This document shows, one piece after another, positions 39,209 through 49,117 of a stretch of 64,000 bases of DNA. Every line of letters begins with the position of its first letter. Position 1 is the first letter of the stretch. A model generated the notes under the pieces. That model worked only from the letters and a program-made list of their open reading frames with translations, was not told where the DNA came from and searched no databases. This stretch comes from Pseudomonadota bacterium (GTDB lineage: Bacteria > Bdellovibrionota_F > JAHFAK01 > JBDREC01): NCBI GenBank assembly GCA_043820105.1, contig JBDREC010000099.1:1-64000 (forward strand). The letters run 5' to 3'. A program made the position numbers and the translations under genes.

Positions 39209-39919
39209 ATGATTGAGAAGAAAGATAGGTCGATAATTTTAGCTTGTGATTTTGATTTGGACAGAATTGATGAAATTATTCCGAGGATATCACAATATGG
39301 CATTGTTGGTGGATTTAAAGTAGGGTTTTATTTGGGGTTAAAATACGGGCTTCCAGAGGTTGTTCGTAGAATTAGAAAATATTCTAATAAACCTATTATT
39401 TATGATCATCAGAAGGCTTGTACTGATATTCCTGATACAGGAAAATTATTTGTTGATGCATGTGATTCATCAGGGATAGATTCTATTATATATTTTCCAT
39501 TAACAGGACCTGTAACACAAGAGGCGTGGATAAAAGCTAGCATTGATAAGCAAATGGATCTTATTGTTGGAGCTTGGCTTACACACCAGGGCTTTGCAAA
39601 ATCTGAAAAAGGTGTTTTTGATGAAGAATCTATTTTGAGTGTTTTTAAATTGGCAGCAGAAATGGGAGTTAAAAGTTATGTTGTTCCAGGCACAAAACCA
39701 CATGCTATCGAAAAGATAAAAAATACAATTCAGGATGTTCTCGGTGATCTTTCAGATGTTCATTTTTATGTGCCTGGTTTAATAAGGCAAGGAGGCGATA
39801 TCTCTGAAGTATCAAAAATACTTCCTCAAAATTTCCATGCAATTATTGGGCGCGGTCTTTATGAATCTGAAAACCTGGAAGACAGTATGCTTGAATTTGA
39901 AAAATTAATGCTTATATAA
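39209..39919 (+). CDS. pyrF: Orotidine-5'-phosphate decarboxylase, atypical motif
   Basis: IILACD, FKVG, IIYDHQKACTDIPDT, VPG.K, PGL..QGG, IIGR. Confidence 0.75.
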   Translation: MIEKKDRSIILACDFDLDRIDEIIPRISQYGIVGGFKVGFYLGLKYGLPEVVRRIRKYSNKPIIYDHQKACTDIPDTGKLFVDACDSSGIDSIIYFPLTGPVTQEAWIKASIDKQMDLIVGAWLTHQGFAKSEKGVFDEESILSVFKLAAEMGVKSYVVPGTKPHAIEKIKNTIQDVLGDLSDVHFYVPGLIRQGGDISEVSKILPQNFHAIIGRGLYESENLEDSMLEFEKLMLI

Positions 39920-39949
39920 GTGTTAAGTGGTAGGTGGTAAGTGGTAAGT
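39917..39949. repeat. Heptamer array (TAAGTGG)n from the pyrF stop into the next gene
   Basis: taagtgt taagtgg taggtgg taagtgg taagt. Confidence 0.85.
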
Positions 39950-40600
39950 AAAGAATATGTGAAATTTGATAAAATAATTTTTGATTGGGATGGCACTCTT
40001 TCTCTTTGTGAGGGTATGGATGTTCTTGCTAAAATTTGTGGGGCTGATGAAAAGTATATTGCCTCTATAACAGAAGACGGTATGAATGGCAAAATTGATT
40101 TTCGAAAATCATTTGAGTTGAGGATTGAGCATCTTAAGCCCAATTTGCTTGATTTAGAAAAACTTTCCAATGTTTACTTTGACAAGCTTTTGAAAAATTT
40201 AAAAGAATTTATATTAGAGGTAACAGCTGCTAGGGTTTACATCATTAGTTGCGGAATAAGACAATCAATTCTGTCAGTTACTAGAAAGCTTGGACTCAAG
40301 GATGGTCATGTTTATGCTATAGATTTGCAATTTGATGAAAATGGCAATTATGAATTATATGACCAAGGGGCTGAGCTTTTGTTGGAAAATGGAAAAGCTG
40401 AGCTAATAAAAAAAATTAATATCGAAAAGAAAGGCAAATCTATTTTTTTTGGTGATGGTGCTAATGACTTGTCTGCTTTGTGTGTGGTTGATAAATTTAT
40501 AGGATTTGGTGGGTATGCACAACGGCAGATAGTAAAAGAAAGAGCGCATGAATTTATTGTTACACCAGATGCTATGGATTTTATTTCTTGTTTGAAATGA
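39941..40600 (+). CDS. HAD-IB phosphatase, phosphoserine phosphatase-like
   Basis: FDWDGTL, EGMD.LA, IT...MNG.IDF..S...R, GKA, GDGANDL; start may be GTG 39959. Confidence 0.8.
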   Translation: MVSKEYVKFDKIIFDWDGTLSLCEGMDVLAKICGADEKYIASITEDGMNGKIDFRKSFELRIEHLKPNLLDLEKLSNVYFDKLLKNLKEFILEVTAARVYIISCGIRQSILSVTRKLGLKDGHVYAIDLQFDENGNYELYDQGAELLLENGKAELIKKINIEKKGKSIFFGDGANDLSALCVVDKFIGFGGYAQRQIVKERAHEFIVTPDAMDFISCLK

Positions 40601-40626
40601 GTTAATATTGAGATTGGGATTATGAT

Positions 40627-41718
40627 ATGATTGAAAATATTTTTATACATATAAAAGGTGTTTTGTTAGCTACCTTTGTGGTGTTTGCTGAATCGGCTCC
40701 TTACTTGCTTTTGGGGTTTTTCTTGGCTGGTTTTATATACGTTTATTTAAAGCCTGAGATGATTGCCAGCTTTTTGGGAAAGGGGCGAATCAGTTCAGTT
40801 ATTAATGCTGCTATACTTGGTATTCCGCTTCCCCTTTGTTCTTGTGGAGTTTTACCAGCTGCTATTTCTTTAAAAAAGCAAGGTGCAAATAATGGTGCAG
40901 TTTCTGCATTTTTGATTTCAACCCCTCAATCAGGAGTTGATTCTATTGCTTTAACATGGGGGATAATGGATCCAATTTTTGCCCTGTTTAGACCAATTGC
41001 TGGTTTTATTATTTCATTTGTTGCTGGTTCACTGGAGAATCTTTTAAATAAGGATTTTGGAAAGGCTGCCAGTTGTGGGAAAGCAGAAAATAATGATTGT
41101 TCAGCAAGCGACTGTTGTTCATCTTCAAAAAAAGAAGAAGCGTTTATAAAACAAACTTTTATTGAAAAAGTAAAAATAGGGCTTAATTATGCCTTTATTG
41201 ATTTATTAAAAGATATTGCAAAATGGTTTATTATAGGATTGTTTCTTGCTGGCTTAATTTCATACCTGGTTCCACCTGAAATAATTTCTAAATATTTAGG
41301 TGGAAACTTAGAATCAATGCTTATTATGCTCATTGTTGGTATACCTTTATATATTTGTGCCTCTGCTTCCACACCAATTGCTGCTGCTCTAATTTTGAGT
41401 GGAGCCAGTCCAGGAGCAGCTTTGGTATTTCTAATTGCAGGTCCTGCTACAAACATTGCTTCAGTCGCAGTAATTTCAAAATTTATTGGAATGAGGGCAA
41501 CTATACTATATTTATCATCAATTGCAGTTTTATCAATTGTTCTAGGTTATATACTCAATTTTCTATATAGTTTTTTTGGAATACACCTCGATTTTAATAT
41601 ATCACTTGCAAGCAATGCACATCTTCACCTGGGATTTATCAAAATTATTTCATCTATTATTCTGCTAGTTTTATTTATTAATGTTCTTCGGTTGAAAATA
41701 AAAAATAAAGTGCGATAG
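40627..41718 (+). CDS. DUF318/SO_0444-family permease (putative metal transporter)
   Basis: ESAPYLLLG, PLPLCSCGVLP, FLISTP, PLYICASASTP, GPATN; Cys-rich central loop. Confidence 0.85.
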   Translation: MIENIFIHIKGVLLATFVVFAESAPYLLLGFFLAGFIYVYLKPEMIASFLGKGRISSVINAAILGIPLPLCSCGVLPAAISLKKQGANNGAVSAFLISTPQSGVDSIALTWGIMDPIFALFRPIAGFIISFVAGSLENLLNKDFGKAASCGKAENNDCSASDCCSSSKKEEAFIKQTFIEKVKIGLNYAFIDLLKDIAKWFIIGLFLAGLISYLVPPEIISKYLGGNLESMLIMLIVGIPLYICASASTPIAAALILSGASPGAALVFLIAGPATNIASVAVISKFIGMRATILYLSSIAVLSIVLGYILNFLYSFFGIHLDFNISLASNAHLHLGFIKIISSIILLVLFINVLRLKIKNKVR

Positions 41719-41730
41719 GTTTGAGAGATG

Positions 41731-43647
41731 TTAGTCTTTCATGTATTTTGATACATTGTATTTTTTGATTTTACTGACAAGTGTTCTTCTTGGGACATTG
41801 AGGATATCTGCTGCTTTTGTTTGATTCCAGTTGCATTTTCTAAGAGCATTTAGAATTAGTTTTTTCTCGTATTTTGAAACAATTTCTTTCATATCTCCCA
41901 TTGCTGTTTCTTTATCGATGTCATCATAATATTCTTTTTCTACCTCTTCTTCTAAAGGTCTTTTGGGCTGAGGAGCTTTAAAGATCTTGGCTGAAAAATG
42001 CTCTTTGAAAATTGTATCAGAATCTGCTACAACTACTGCTCTTTCAATAGAATTTTTTAATTCTCTAATGTTTCCTGGCCAATCATATTTGCAGAGTAGT
42101 TCCATTGCATCAGGAGAAATATTTTCAATAGTTTTATTATTTTCAGTATTAAATAATTTGGTAAAACTCTGAATGAGTGGTGGAATTTCTTCTTTTCTTT
42201 CTCTTAGAGGAGGAACTGTAATTGTAATTGCATTTAATCTATAAAAAAGATCTTCACGGAATAAGCCTTTGTCAATGTGTTCTTCCAGGTTTTTGTTTGA
42301 AGCAGCGATAATTCTGACATCTACTGCTATTTCCTGGCTTGAACCAACTCGCATAATTTTTTTATTTTGCAGTACTCTTAGAAGTTTTGCTTGAGTTTTC
42401 ATTGGCATTTCACCAATTTCATCTAAAAAGATTGTCCCACCTTTTGCTGATTCAAATAGACCTATTTTTAGTTTATCAGCTCCTGTAAATGATCCCTTTT
42501 CGTGCCCAAATAATTCGCTTTCCAAAATAGTTTCAGTTAGGGCTGCACAGTTTACGCTTATTAAAGGTTTATTTTTTCTAGCTGATTTTTGATGAACAGC
42601 TTCAGCTACTACTTCTTTTCCAACACCTGTTTCACCCAAGATTAAAACGTTAATGTTTGATAACGCAACTCTAGAAATCATATCAAAAATTTCTTTTACC
42701 TTGTCTGATTGTATTACAACCTCTCTATCAAAAACATTTATCCTTTTAACATTTTCTTTTGTAACATCAGCAATTGAATCTGTTCTTTTTGCACGAGATA
42801 ATTTTAAAGCCTGCCTTGATTTATCAATTAATAGTTCTTTTGAAAGTGAATCATCAGGATAGTTTGCTATGCCAATATTTACTGGAATTCCAATTGATTT
42901 TACTGCATCAGATGTGATTCTTCTGGCAAGTTTATATGCTTCATCTTTGCTTGTTTCTGGAAGCATAAGTTCTAGTTCTTCTGAACTATAAGCGGAAATA
43001 ATATCCATTGCTCTAATCATGCCTTTTATCATTAGAACAAGTTCAGCAATAATCATTTCTTTCTTTTCATCCAGGGTTTCTTTTGTCTCTGTTTTTTGAA
43101 GAGCTTTAAAATTAATGCCAATCATCATAAGTGATAAGGGTCTTTCATATCTGTTTGCTCGGTCTAGCTCTTCATCTAGTCTTGATTCAAAATAATTATG
43201 TGTTCTTATGGTAATTCCAAGAGATTTGTCACCCATTGATGTGGGTACAAAAAATTCCATGACAGTTGAGCCAATAATAATTTCATCACCATCTTCTAGG
43301 ATTTTTTTAGTAATAGCAGTACCATTGACTATTGTTCCATTTGTACTGTCTTGATCTTCTAAGACTATATGAGAGTCTTTAAAAAAGATTCTTGCATGAG
43401 ATCTTGAGACCTGTTCATCATCGAGCGGAATATCAGCATCTTCCTGGCGACCAATAATAACATCACTTTGATTTCCAAAATTAAAGATCTTGTCTTTTGC
43501 ATCGTCTCTTATAATAAGGAAGGGAGTTCCTTCTTTGAATTTTTTGTCTTTTTTTGATTCTTTTTTAAAGGATACTTTGGTAACAAAGTTTTCAGAATGA
43601 TTATCCACTTTTTCTAAACCTCCATAAATAGGAAAAAATTTGCTCAA
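41731..43647 (-). CDS. sigma54 enhancer-binding protein with FHA and degenerate GGDEF domains
   Basis: FHA (IGR, VSRSHA, STNGT), GGDEF-like (RYERPLS...AYSSEEL...GIANYP), AAA+ ([47 protein letters not shown]), Fis HTH. Confidence 0.93.
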   Translation of the reverse strand: MSKFFPIYGGLEKVDNHSENFVTKVSFKKESKKDKKFKEGTPFLIIRDDAKDKIFNFGNQSDVIIGRQEDADIPLDDEQVSRSHARIFFKDSHIVLEDQDSTNGTIVNGTAITKKILEDGDEIIIGSTVMEFFVPTSMGDKSLGITIRTHNYFESRLDEELDRANRYERPLSLMMIGINFKALQKTETKETLDEKKEMIIAELVLMIKGMIRAMDIISAYSSEELELMLPETSKDEAYKLARRITSDAVKSIGIPVNIGIANYPDDSLSKELLIDKSRQALKLSRAKRTDSIADVTKENVKRINVFDREVVIQSDKVKEIFDMISRVALSNINVLILGETGVGKEVVAEAVHQKSARKNKPLISVNCAALTETILESELFGHEKGSFTGADKLKIGLFESAKGGTIFLDEIGEMPMKTQAKLLRVLQNKKIMRVGSSQEIAVDVRIIAASNKNLEEHIDKGLFREDLFYRLNAITITVPPLRERKEEIPPLIQSFTKLFNTENNKTIENISPDAMELLCKYDWPGNIRELKNSIERAVVVADSDTIFKEHFSAKIFKAPQPKRPLEEEVEKEYYDDIDKETAMGDMKEIVSKYEKKLILNALRKCNWNQTKAADILNVPRRTLVSKIKKYNVSKYMKD

Positions 43648-43726
43648 TGGAAATTTACTCTTTATGTGGTTGTTTTGTCAATAAAAAAGGAAATGTAATG
43701 AATGAATCTTATTGAAAAATTAGATT

Positions 43727-44434
43727 TTACCAATAGCCTTGATAAGGATCATCGTATCCGTAGGGATCATAAGAATAACAATCATAACAATCATCGTAAT
43801 AATATGATAAGTAATCCCAGAAATCATATAACTGACCAAGTAAGAAGTCTACACCCTGTATGTCCCATGTGCAGCTATATCCGCTTACAAATACTGTATC
43901 GTTGCCATATTCTTCATAATCGTTTAAGAATATATATGGTCCTGCATAATCGTCATTTGCTTCTTCCATCATTGTTGCTCTTGATTTATCAGATGATACT
44001 CCAAGCATCTTAGCTAGCATATCAGGTCCTGTGTAATATTTGTCATCTGCCATTACAAAAGGAATCTCATAAGCTGAGCATGCTAAGAATTCTCTATCAT
44101 TATAATAATCATTAAAACAATGATCATTATTGAAATCAGGGATTAAGCTGTAGTATCTTGATGTAATTGAAGACCCTTGAATATTTCCACTAGAGCATGT
44201 TGCTGTTACTGTTTCATCTTCTGCAGTACCATTATCATCGCCATCATCATCACCGCCACAATTGCCGTCTTCATCACAAACAGCACCATCTGTACAGTCT
44301 TCATCACCTTCTGCACATGTTGATGCGTTTGCATCTGAGTCATCACCTGTATCTACATCATCAGCGCATGAAAACAATGTAATGCTAAGTCCAATTATCA
44401 GCAATATTAACAAAATTTTTATTAAAGCTTTCAA
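43727..44434 (-). CDS. Acidic Cys-rich lipoprotein, one copy of a novel repeat domain
   Basis: Lipobox LFSC; GGAGG RBS; RYYSLIPDFNNDHCF domain shared with the neighbouring gene. Confidence 0.75.
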   Translation of the reverse strand: MKALIKILLILLIIGLSITLFSCADDVDTGDDSDANASTCAEGDEDCTDGAVCDEDGNCGGDDDGDDNGTAEDETVTATCSSGNIQGSSITSRYYSLIPDFNNDHCFNDYYNDREFLACSAYEIPFVMADDKYYTGPDMLAKMLGVSSDKSRATMMEEANDDYAGPYIFLNDYEEYGNDTVFVSGYSCTWDIQGVDFLLGQLYDFWDYLSYYYDDCYDCYSYDPYGYDDPYQGYW

Positions 44435-44481
44435 TTTTTACCTCCGAATTGGTCAAATTTAATTTTCATTATACTATTAAT

Positions 44482-44496
44482 GCACAAAGTGTGCCT
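44482..44496 (-). promoter_or_regulatory. sigma54 -24/-12 promoter
   Basis: Minus strand AGGCACACTTTGTGC (GG-N10-GC); perfect palindrome GGCGAAATTTCGCC at 44606-44619 is a candidate upstream activator site. Confidence 0.6.
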
Positions 44497-44625
44497 AGTT
44501 TGGATATGGCATATAAGTGTATAAAATTAAATGATAAAGGGCCATTGTTGTTTTGTTTGCCAATACTCTGTTGCGAATATTATGTCTCAATATAAGGTGG
44601 ATTGCGGCGAAATTTCGCCAAATGT

Positions 44626-45552
44626 TTATTCGTTATCCAGGTAATCGTTAAATTCTAGAACTTGAGCTTCAAAAAACTCATAACTTGTATATTTAGAGCC
44701 ATCATAGATAACAATGTCATAATCATTGACATCTGCAAGAAAATCATCTGTGCTTTCATAGTCTTGTAAAACTTGGTCATAAAGACCATGATCACTTAAG
44801 CCTGTTGTGTTTATGTGTAGCAGATCAGCTAATAGCTCCCTTCCACTTAAATAATCACCATTATTATAGAAAGTCCCACAAGATAAAACTGAGCAGGCTG
44901 CAAACTCAAGCTCATTTGTAAGGTCTTTAAAGCAATCATCATTGTCATAATTTGGAATTAAGCTGTAATATCTGCAAAGATCACTGTAGGTTGTTGGTCC
45001 ATCGCCCTGATTATATGAGCAAAACTCTTCTAGCTGATTTTCAAGGTAAGTTTTTAAAAAGTCTCTTGAACCATCACCCATTAATACATACCTATAATCA
45101 AAACTTTTGGTGTGCAATTCATCAAAAAAGTCAGCTTCATTTTTAAACTTTGTGTAAGTTAAATCATAAAGCCCTGCATCGGTATAGTTTTCTTGGTTGC
45201 AGCCTGTTATTTGACCAATAGTTTCTCTGCCGGAATAATAATCATTGTCTACTTCAACTGTGCGAAGTGCAATTAATGAACAGGTTAGAAAAGTAACTTC
45301 ATCAGTAGCGGCTTTAAAGCAATAGTCATTATTGTAATTTGGAGCAAGAGTGTGTTCTCGTCCGCTTGGATATTCATAGGAAGTGCAGCAAAAATAGTCA
45401 TTATCAAGAGAACAGTTGTCACTGTCACAAGTTCCATCAACTGTTGATGGGTTTGCGGTGCTTCCCGAGGTATCATAATCATCAGCACAAGATAAAAACA
45501 GGAAAAATACTGGGATCAGTAAAATAATTAAAATAGGATAAAATTTTTGCAT
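44626..45552 (-). CDS. Acidic Cys-rich lipoprotein, two copies of the same domain
   Basis: Lipobox FLSC; GGAG RBS; internal duplication with a period of about 129 aa. Confidence 0.75.
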   Translation of the reverse strand: MQKFYPILIILLIPVFFLFLSCADDYDTSGSTANPSTVDGTCDSDNCSLDNDYFCCTSYEYPSGREHTLAPNYNNDYCFKAATDEVTFLTCSLIALRTVEVDNDYYSGRETIGQITGCNQENYTDAGLYDLTYTKFKNEADFFDELHTKSFDYRYVLMGDGSRDFLKTYLENQLEEFCSYNQGDGPTTYSDLCRYYSLIPNYDNDDCFKDLTNELEFAACSVLSCGTFYNNGDYLSGRELLADLLHINTTGLSDHGLYDQVLQDYESTDDFLADVNDYDIVIYDGSKYTSYEFFEAQVLEFNDYLDNE

Positions 45553-45664
45553 AAATTCTCCAATATAAAATTGCGCAATTGCTAAGTAAATTCAGTGCAT
45601 TAGCACAAAGCATCAAAGATAACATGTTTATATAACAGATAAAAATAGCAATTGCAAGAAAAAA

Positions 45665-46693
45665 CTAAGCCATTTGTTTTCCCGCCAGTTGGCCACATGC
45701 AGCTTTTATATCCTCTCCCCTTTTCTTTCTGATAATTGTGTTAATATTTTTATTTATTAGAATTTGATGGAATTGATTAATTCTATCTGTGCCTGGAGAA
45801 GAAAATTCTATGTTTTCTGAATCATTTAAGGGTATTAGGTTTAGTTTGTATTTAAGACCACTTAGTATTTTTGCAAGCATTTGAGCATCTTTATCTGAAT
45901 CATTAATATCTTTTAATAATATATATTCAAAAGTAATTCTTTTCCTGTTTTTTAGAGGGTAGTCTTTTAATGTCTCGAGTAAGGTTTTGAGGTTGTATTT
46001 TTTATTTATAGGCATGATATTTGATCTGATTTCGTCATTTGGAGCATTTAATGAGACAGCTAAGTTTACATCTGTTTTATTACCAAATTCTATTATTTTA
46101 TCAGTTATACCAGCCGTTGAAACTGTAATTTTTCTATGTGAAAATGAAAGTCCAAAATCAGAAGTTAGTATTTCTATGGCTTTAATGACATTTTCTAAAT
46201 TTAACAGGGGCTCTCCCATGCCCATGAAAACAATATTTGATACAGGGTTGATTGATTCCTTTTTGCATTGCTTGACTTGATCCACAATTTCCCAGGTTTC
46301 AAGGTTCCTTATAAATCCAAGCTTTGCTGTCATGCAAAATTTACAATTTAGGGCGCACCCTACTTGAGTTGAGATGCAGATTGTGCAGCGCTTTGCTTCA
46401 GGAATTATAACAGATTCAATAAAGTGATTATCATCTAATTTAAATGAAAGTTTTTGAGTTTTATCTTTTGAAATTTGCTTTTGATCTTTTTTCAATTGCC
46501 TTATTTCAGAAATTTCAAAAAGCTTTAATCTTAACTGTTTTGAAAGATCCGTCATTTCTTCAAAATTATTAACAAGTTTATTGTTTATCCATTGGAATAG
46601 TTGCCTGCCAGTAAAAGGCTTGTAGCCAAGCTTGGCCACAAAGTCTTCCATTTTCTTTAATGTAAGATTTGCTAAGTTAAATTTATCTTTCAT
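45665..46693 (-). CDS. rlmN: Dual-specificity RNA methyltransferase RlmN
   Basis: CISTQVGCALNCKFC, VFMGMGEPL, LAVSLNAP, EYILL..IND, DIKAACGQL. Confidence 0.97.
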   Translation of the reverse strand: MKDKFNLANLTLKKMEDFVAKLGYKPFTGRQLFQWINNKLVNNFEEMTDLSKQLRLKLFEISEIRQLKKDQKQISKDKTQKLSFKLDDNHFIESVIIPEAKRCTICISTQVGCALNCKFCMTAKLGFIRNLETWEIVDQVKQCKKESINPVSNIVFMGMGEPLLNLENVIKAIEILTSDFGLSFSHRKITVSTAGITDKIIEFGNKTDVNLAVSLNAPNDEIRSNIMPINKKYNLKTLLETLKDYPLKNRKRITFEYILLKDINDSDKDAQMLAKILSGLKYKLNLIPLNDSENIEFSSPGTDRINQFHQILINKNINTIIRKKRGEDIKAACGQLAGKQMA

Positions 46694-46775
46694 GATTATG
46701 TTTCTATAGTCTTTGATTAATCTACTTGCAAGTAGTTTTTCTTGGGAAATGTATGAATTTATTTTCTTCTTCTTA

Positions 46776-46872
46776 AATTAATTATTAATTATTGATTATT
46801 GATTATTGATTATTGGTTATTTTTACGATTGTAGGAGAATAATTAATAATCAATAATTAATAATTAACAATT
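46776..46872. repeat. Two inverted heptamer arrays, (TTATTRA)n and (TYAATAA)n
   Basis: attattaatt attgattatt gattattgat tattgg ... aataattaataatcaataattaataattaacaatt. Confidence 0.7.
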
Positions 46873-47647
46873 AACGGAGAAGACCCAAACTCCACACTGT
46901 CCCGGCTGCATCCATTTTTAAATCTCTATAAGCTTCTTCACAAATAACATCATCATCATATTTTATTTCACCAAATCCGCCGCGTTCCCATGTTTCATCA
47001 CCATTTTCATTTATTTTTCTATTAAACATTGTTGTTGAAATTATTTCATAGCTTAGACCTGTTGAAACTGAAGCCCAGAAAGCAAGGGTCTTGGGAAGTG
47101 GAAAACCTAAGGATTTATTCTGCTGTATTTCAAAAGCTAAAAATGCATGCATGTAAAAATGATTCCAGTCTGAGCCTAAGTAGTGTGGAATGCATTCTGG
47201 AAATAGGGCACTTATTTTTTCCAAATCATTATCACTTTGCATTGGTAGGACATTGTAAAAAACTTGATAAAGCAATGATCTAAAAGTTTTTAGATTGCCA
47301 ACAGGTTTTTCAAGTCTAAGTTCTTCTAAGACCTTTTCACAATCAGCAAATACGCCAAGGATTAAAATTCTATCTTCTGTTTTTTGAAAATAATTTTTTG
47401 ATAATTCATAAAGTGAAACAAAAATTTCATTTTCTTGTAATTTTAATATGAAGTTAAAATAGTTATTTGACCTTACTTGGAAATCTTCGTTTTGTACAAT
47501 TTTTTCAAAAATATAACCCGCCACAGAGGATTTTAATTCGCTTCTTTTATCTTCCTGGGCTGATAAATTGGTTGAGAAAAAAATGGGGAATTGAATAAAG
47601 GCAAGAGTAATTACCAAGATGATTTTTTTCAAAAATTTTGTTTTCAT
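46871..47647 (-). CDS. Secreted hypothetical protein
   Basis: Signal peptide; C-terminal DWNHF...YE...DLKMDAAG reminiscent of H-E-D (VanZ/YfiM-like) motifs. Confidence 0.6.
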   Translation of the reverse strand: MKTKFLKKIILVITLAFIQFPIFFSTNLSAQEDKRSELKSSVAGYIFEKIVQNEDFQVRSNNYFNFILKLQENEIFVSLYELSKNYFQKTEDRILILGVFADCEKVLEELRLEKPVGNLKTFRSLLYQVFYNVLPMQSDNDLEKISALFPECIPHYLGSDWNHFYMHAFLAFEIQQNKSLGFPLPKTLAFWASVSTGLSYEIISTTMFNRKINENGDETWERGGFGEIKYDDDVICEEAYRDLKMDAAGTVWSLGLLR

Positions 47648-47720
47648 TATCTTGCCTTTCCCAATTCCCCAAAAACGAGGTGTAAATATAAATTATAAAT
47701 GTATAGAATGTGCTAATTTT

Positions 47721-48851
47721 TTATTCTATTTCAATGGTATCTGCTGAGACTACATTTTCTTTGCAGATTCTGTAAAGGTCCATGGCTCTTACAGCTAGTA
47801 CCATTCCTGGGTAAAATTCTGATCTTCCTCTTGCTTTGTCATTAACAAGTTCAAAAGTATAGTCTCCTTTGACTTGTTTTTCAGTAATAACTCTTTCGCC
47901 ATTAGTGACATCCAGGAGTTGCACTGTAATTTTTTCTGTGGTGTCGTCTTTATCATAGGCATTGATTTGGATGCTAACGGTTTCAACGGTTCTAGGTTGA
48001 GTTTTTTCAATCCAATTTGGCCAGCCTTTTCCTTTTGTTTCAACATACGGTGCTACTTTTGAGCCTGTTATAACAGTAAGTGTAGGTGGTTCAAAGCATG
48101 TTGGTAGTTTTTTGCTTTCTACGATTACTGTTTTTGGTGCAACTTCTTGGCCATAAACATTTACTTCAAAGCTTGTTGTTTTAAAGGAATATGTTTCATC
48201 AAGATAACATGGTTCAAAGTTACCATCTCTTGCAATGTTTTCATCACATAAAACTTCACGACCATGTCTTTCCTTAACTGTATATCTTAATCCATAACCG
48301 CTTGTTTCAGTTCCACCTATAATAACAGTATTTCGACCATCTTCTGTTAGAGAATGTTTTGACCACACTTCAACGCGTAACTCTTTTACTGGCTCAGGTT
48401 CAGGAGCTGGAGTTACAGGTTCATCTTGAGCTTTTGGTGCATTTGTGACAATTACCATGATAACAGGATCATTCCAAACAACACTTATGACGTCTTGTGA
48501 AAATTCTTTTCTATATCTATCAATTTCCCAGCCTGTATATGGATCCATAATAACCAGATCAATTGCTCTTGCATCTTTAACTACTTCCTTTTGTATTTGA
48601 AAGGAACCTATTTTTCCATCTGCTGTAGCATCCCACTGGGTTCTTCCTTTTCTTGATTGATATATATAGGAGCCACCTGATTTGGAATAAACCTCAAAAC
48701 TGTATAGAGCATTTGATTCAAGTCCAGAGGCTTTAAATATAAAAAAACCCTGGCTATTGGTTTCTACAGTTACACTCGCTGCATAAACTAAGCTTGATAA
48801 AATAAGAATTAAAAAGGTTGTAATAGCAATTATTAATTTAGATCTTGGCAT
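47721..48851 (-). CDS. Secreted beta-rich hypothetical protein
   Basis: Signal peptide (LVYA), GGGAG RBS, Pro-rich linker between beta-rich modules. Confidence 0.7.
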   Translation of the reverse strand: MPRSKLIIAITTFLILILSSLVYAASVTVETNSQGFFIFKASGLESNALYSFEVYSKSGGSYIYQSRKGRTQWDATADGKIGSFQIQKEVVKDARAIDLVIMDPYTGWEIDRYRKEFSQDVISVVWNDPVIMVIVTNAPKAQDEPVTPAPEPEPVKELRVEVWSKHSLTEDGRNTVIIGGTETSGYGLRYTVKERHGREVLCDENIARDGNFEPCYLDETYSFKTTSFEVNVYGQEVAPKTVIVESKKLPTCFEPPTLTVITGSKVAPYVETKGKGWPNWIEKTQPRTVETVSIQINAYDKDDTTEKITVQLLDVTNGERVITEKQVKGDYTFELVNDKARGRSEFYPGMVLAVRAMDLYRICKENVVSADTIEIE

Positions 48852-48895
48852 TTTAATCTCCCAAAGGTTTTGTTAATCTTGAATGTATGTATTTC

Positions 48896-48910
48896 GCAAC
48901 AAGTGTGCCA
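48896..48910 (-). promoter_or_regulatory. sigma54 -24/-12 promoter, perfect consensus
   Basis: Minus strand TGGCACACTTGTTGC. Confidence 0.85.
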
Positions 48911-49117
48911 AGAGTCTTTGGATTGATTGATTTAATAATATCACTAATGTTATCAATAGCATAAGCCTATAATAAGGGCATAAATTTTATGGATTAGTAT
49001 TCATAAACAGTGCTTTTTTGTCACCCTTTGGACATTTTGCATCTTGAGACTTAACTTGAATTTTTTTTTATTTATTTTTATATTGATCTTGATATAAAAG
49101 TTATTGAAAGAATTTCA

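Noticed and set aside
37827-39949. Short repeats as a CRISPR array
   Set aside because: Contiguous 7-nt units with no spacers and no cas genes
47700-47720. sigma54-like TAGCACATTCTATAC upstream of the 258-aa gene
   Set aside because: Lacks both invariant GG and GC dinucleotides
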